Of a stretch of DNA of 64,000 nt, positions 63,966 to 64,000 are shown in pieces; position 1 is the stretch's first letter, and the number at the start of each line of letters is the position of its first letter. This DNA is from Octopus bimaculoides (taxonomy: Eukaryota). The position numbers and the translations under genes were made by a program. The notes beneath the pieces are model-generated. The model was not told the origin of the DNA, did not search any database, and worked only from the letters and a program-made list of their open reading frames with translations. The stretch covers positions 171,294,476 through 171,358,475 of the forward strand of contig NC_068981.1 of NCBI RefSeq assembly GCF_001194135.2, read 5' to 3'.

Positions 63966-64000
63966 TGTGTATGTATGTATGTATATATATATATATATAT

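Overview
AT-rich, microsatellite-dense eukaryotic DNA from a gapped short-read assembly. The tRNA-derived SINE families and LINE/DNA-transposon relics look like those of an octopus-type cephalopod (recognition from memory, not a database result). I found no intact host gene, rRNA, tRNA or CRISPR array, and nearly all listed ORFs are microsatellite or transposon artefacts. Class I relics: Tx1/L1-like, CR1-like, RTE-like, restriction-like-endonuclease (RLE; R4/Dong/NeSL-type) LINEs, Penelope-like elements and at least four SINE families. Class II relics: mariner D34D, maT/DD37D-like, Tc1, pogo/Tigger, hAT and a piggyBac-type MITE. Most interesting: (1) a 5'-complete 1.46-kb retroelement that encodes only a Tx1/L1-like ORF1 (CCHC knuckle, no RT), bounded by a perfect 16-bp TSD and splitting a tRNA-derived SINE between its A and B boxes (3075-4564); (2) two clusters of RLE-LINE insertions, each sitting in one microsatellite type, (CATA)n at 11.2-12.5 kb and (TAA)n at 51-55.7 kb; (3) a minimal hammerhead-ribozyme-like motif in a Penelope tail (about 28025-28064); (4) a 116-142-bp near-perfect hairpin at 36.7-36.9 kb; (5) a SINE family with two alternative 3' tails, one shared with Tx1-like 3' ends. 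Boundaries of old elements are approximate.
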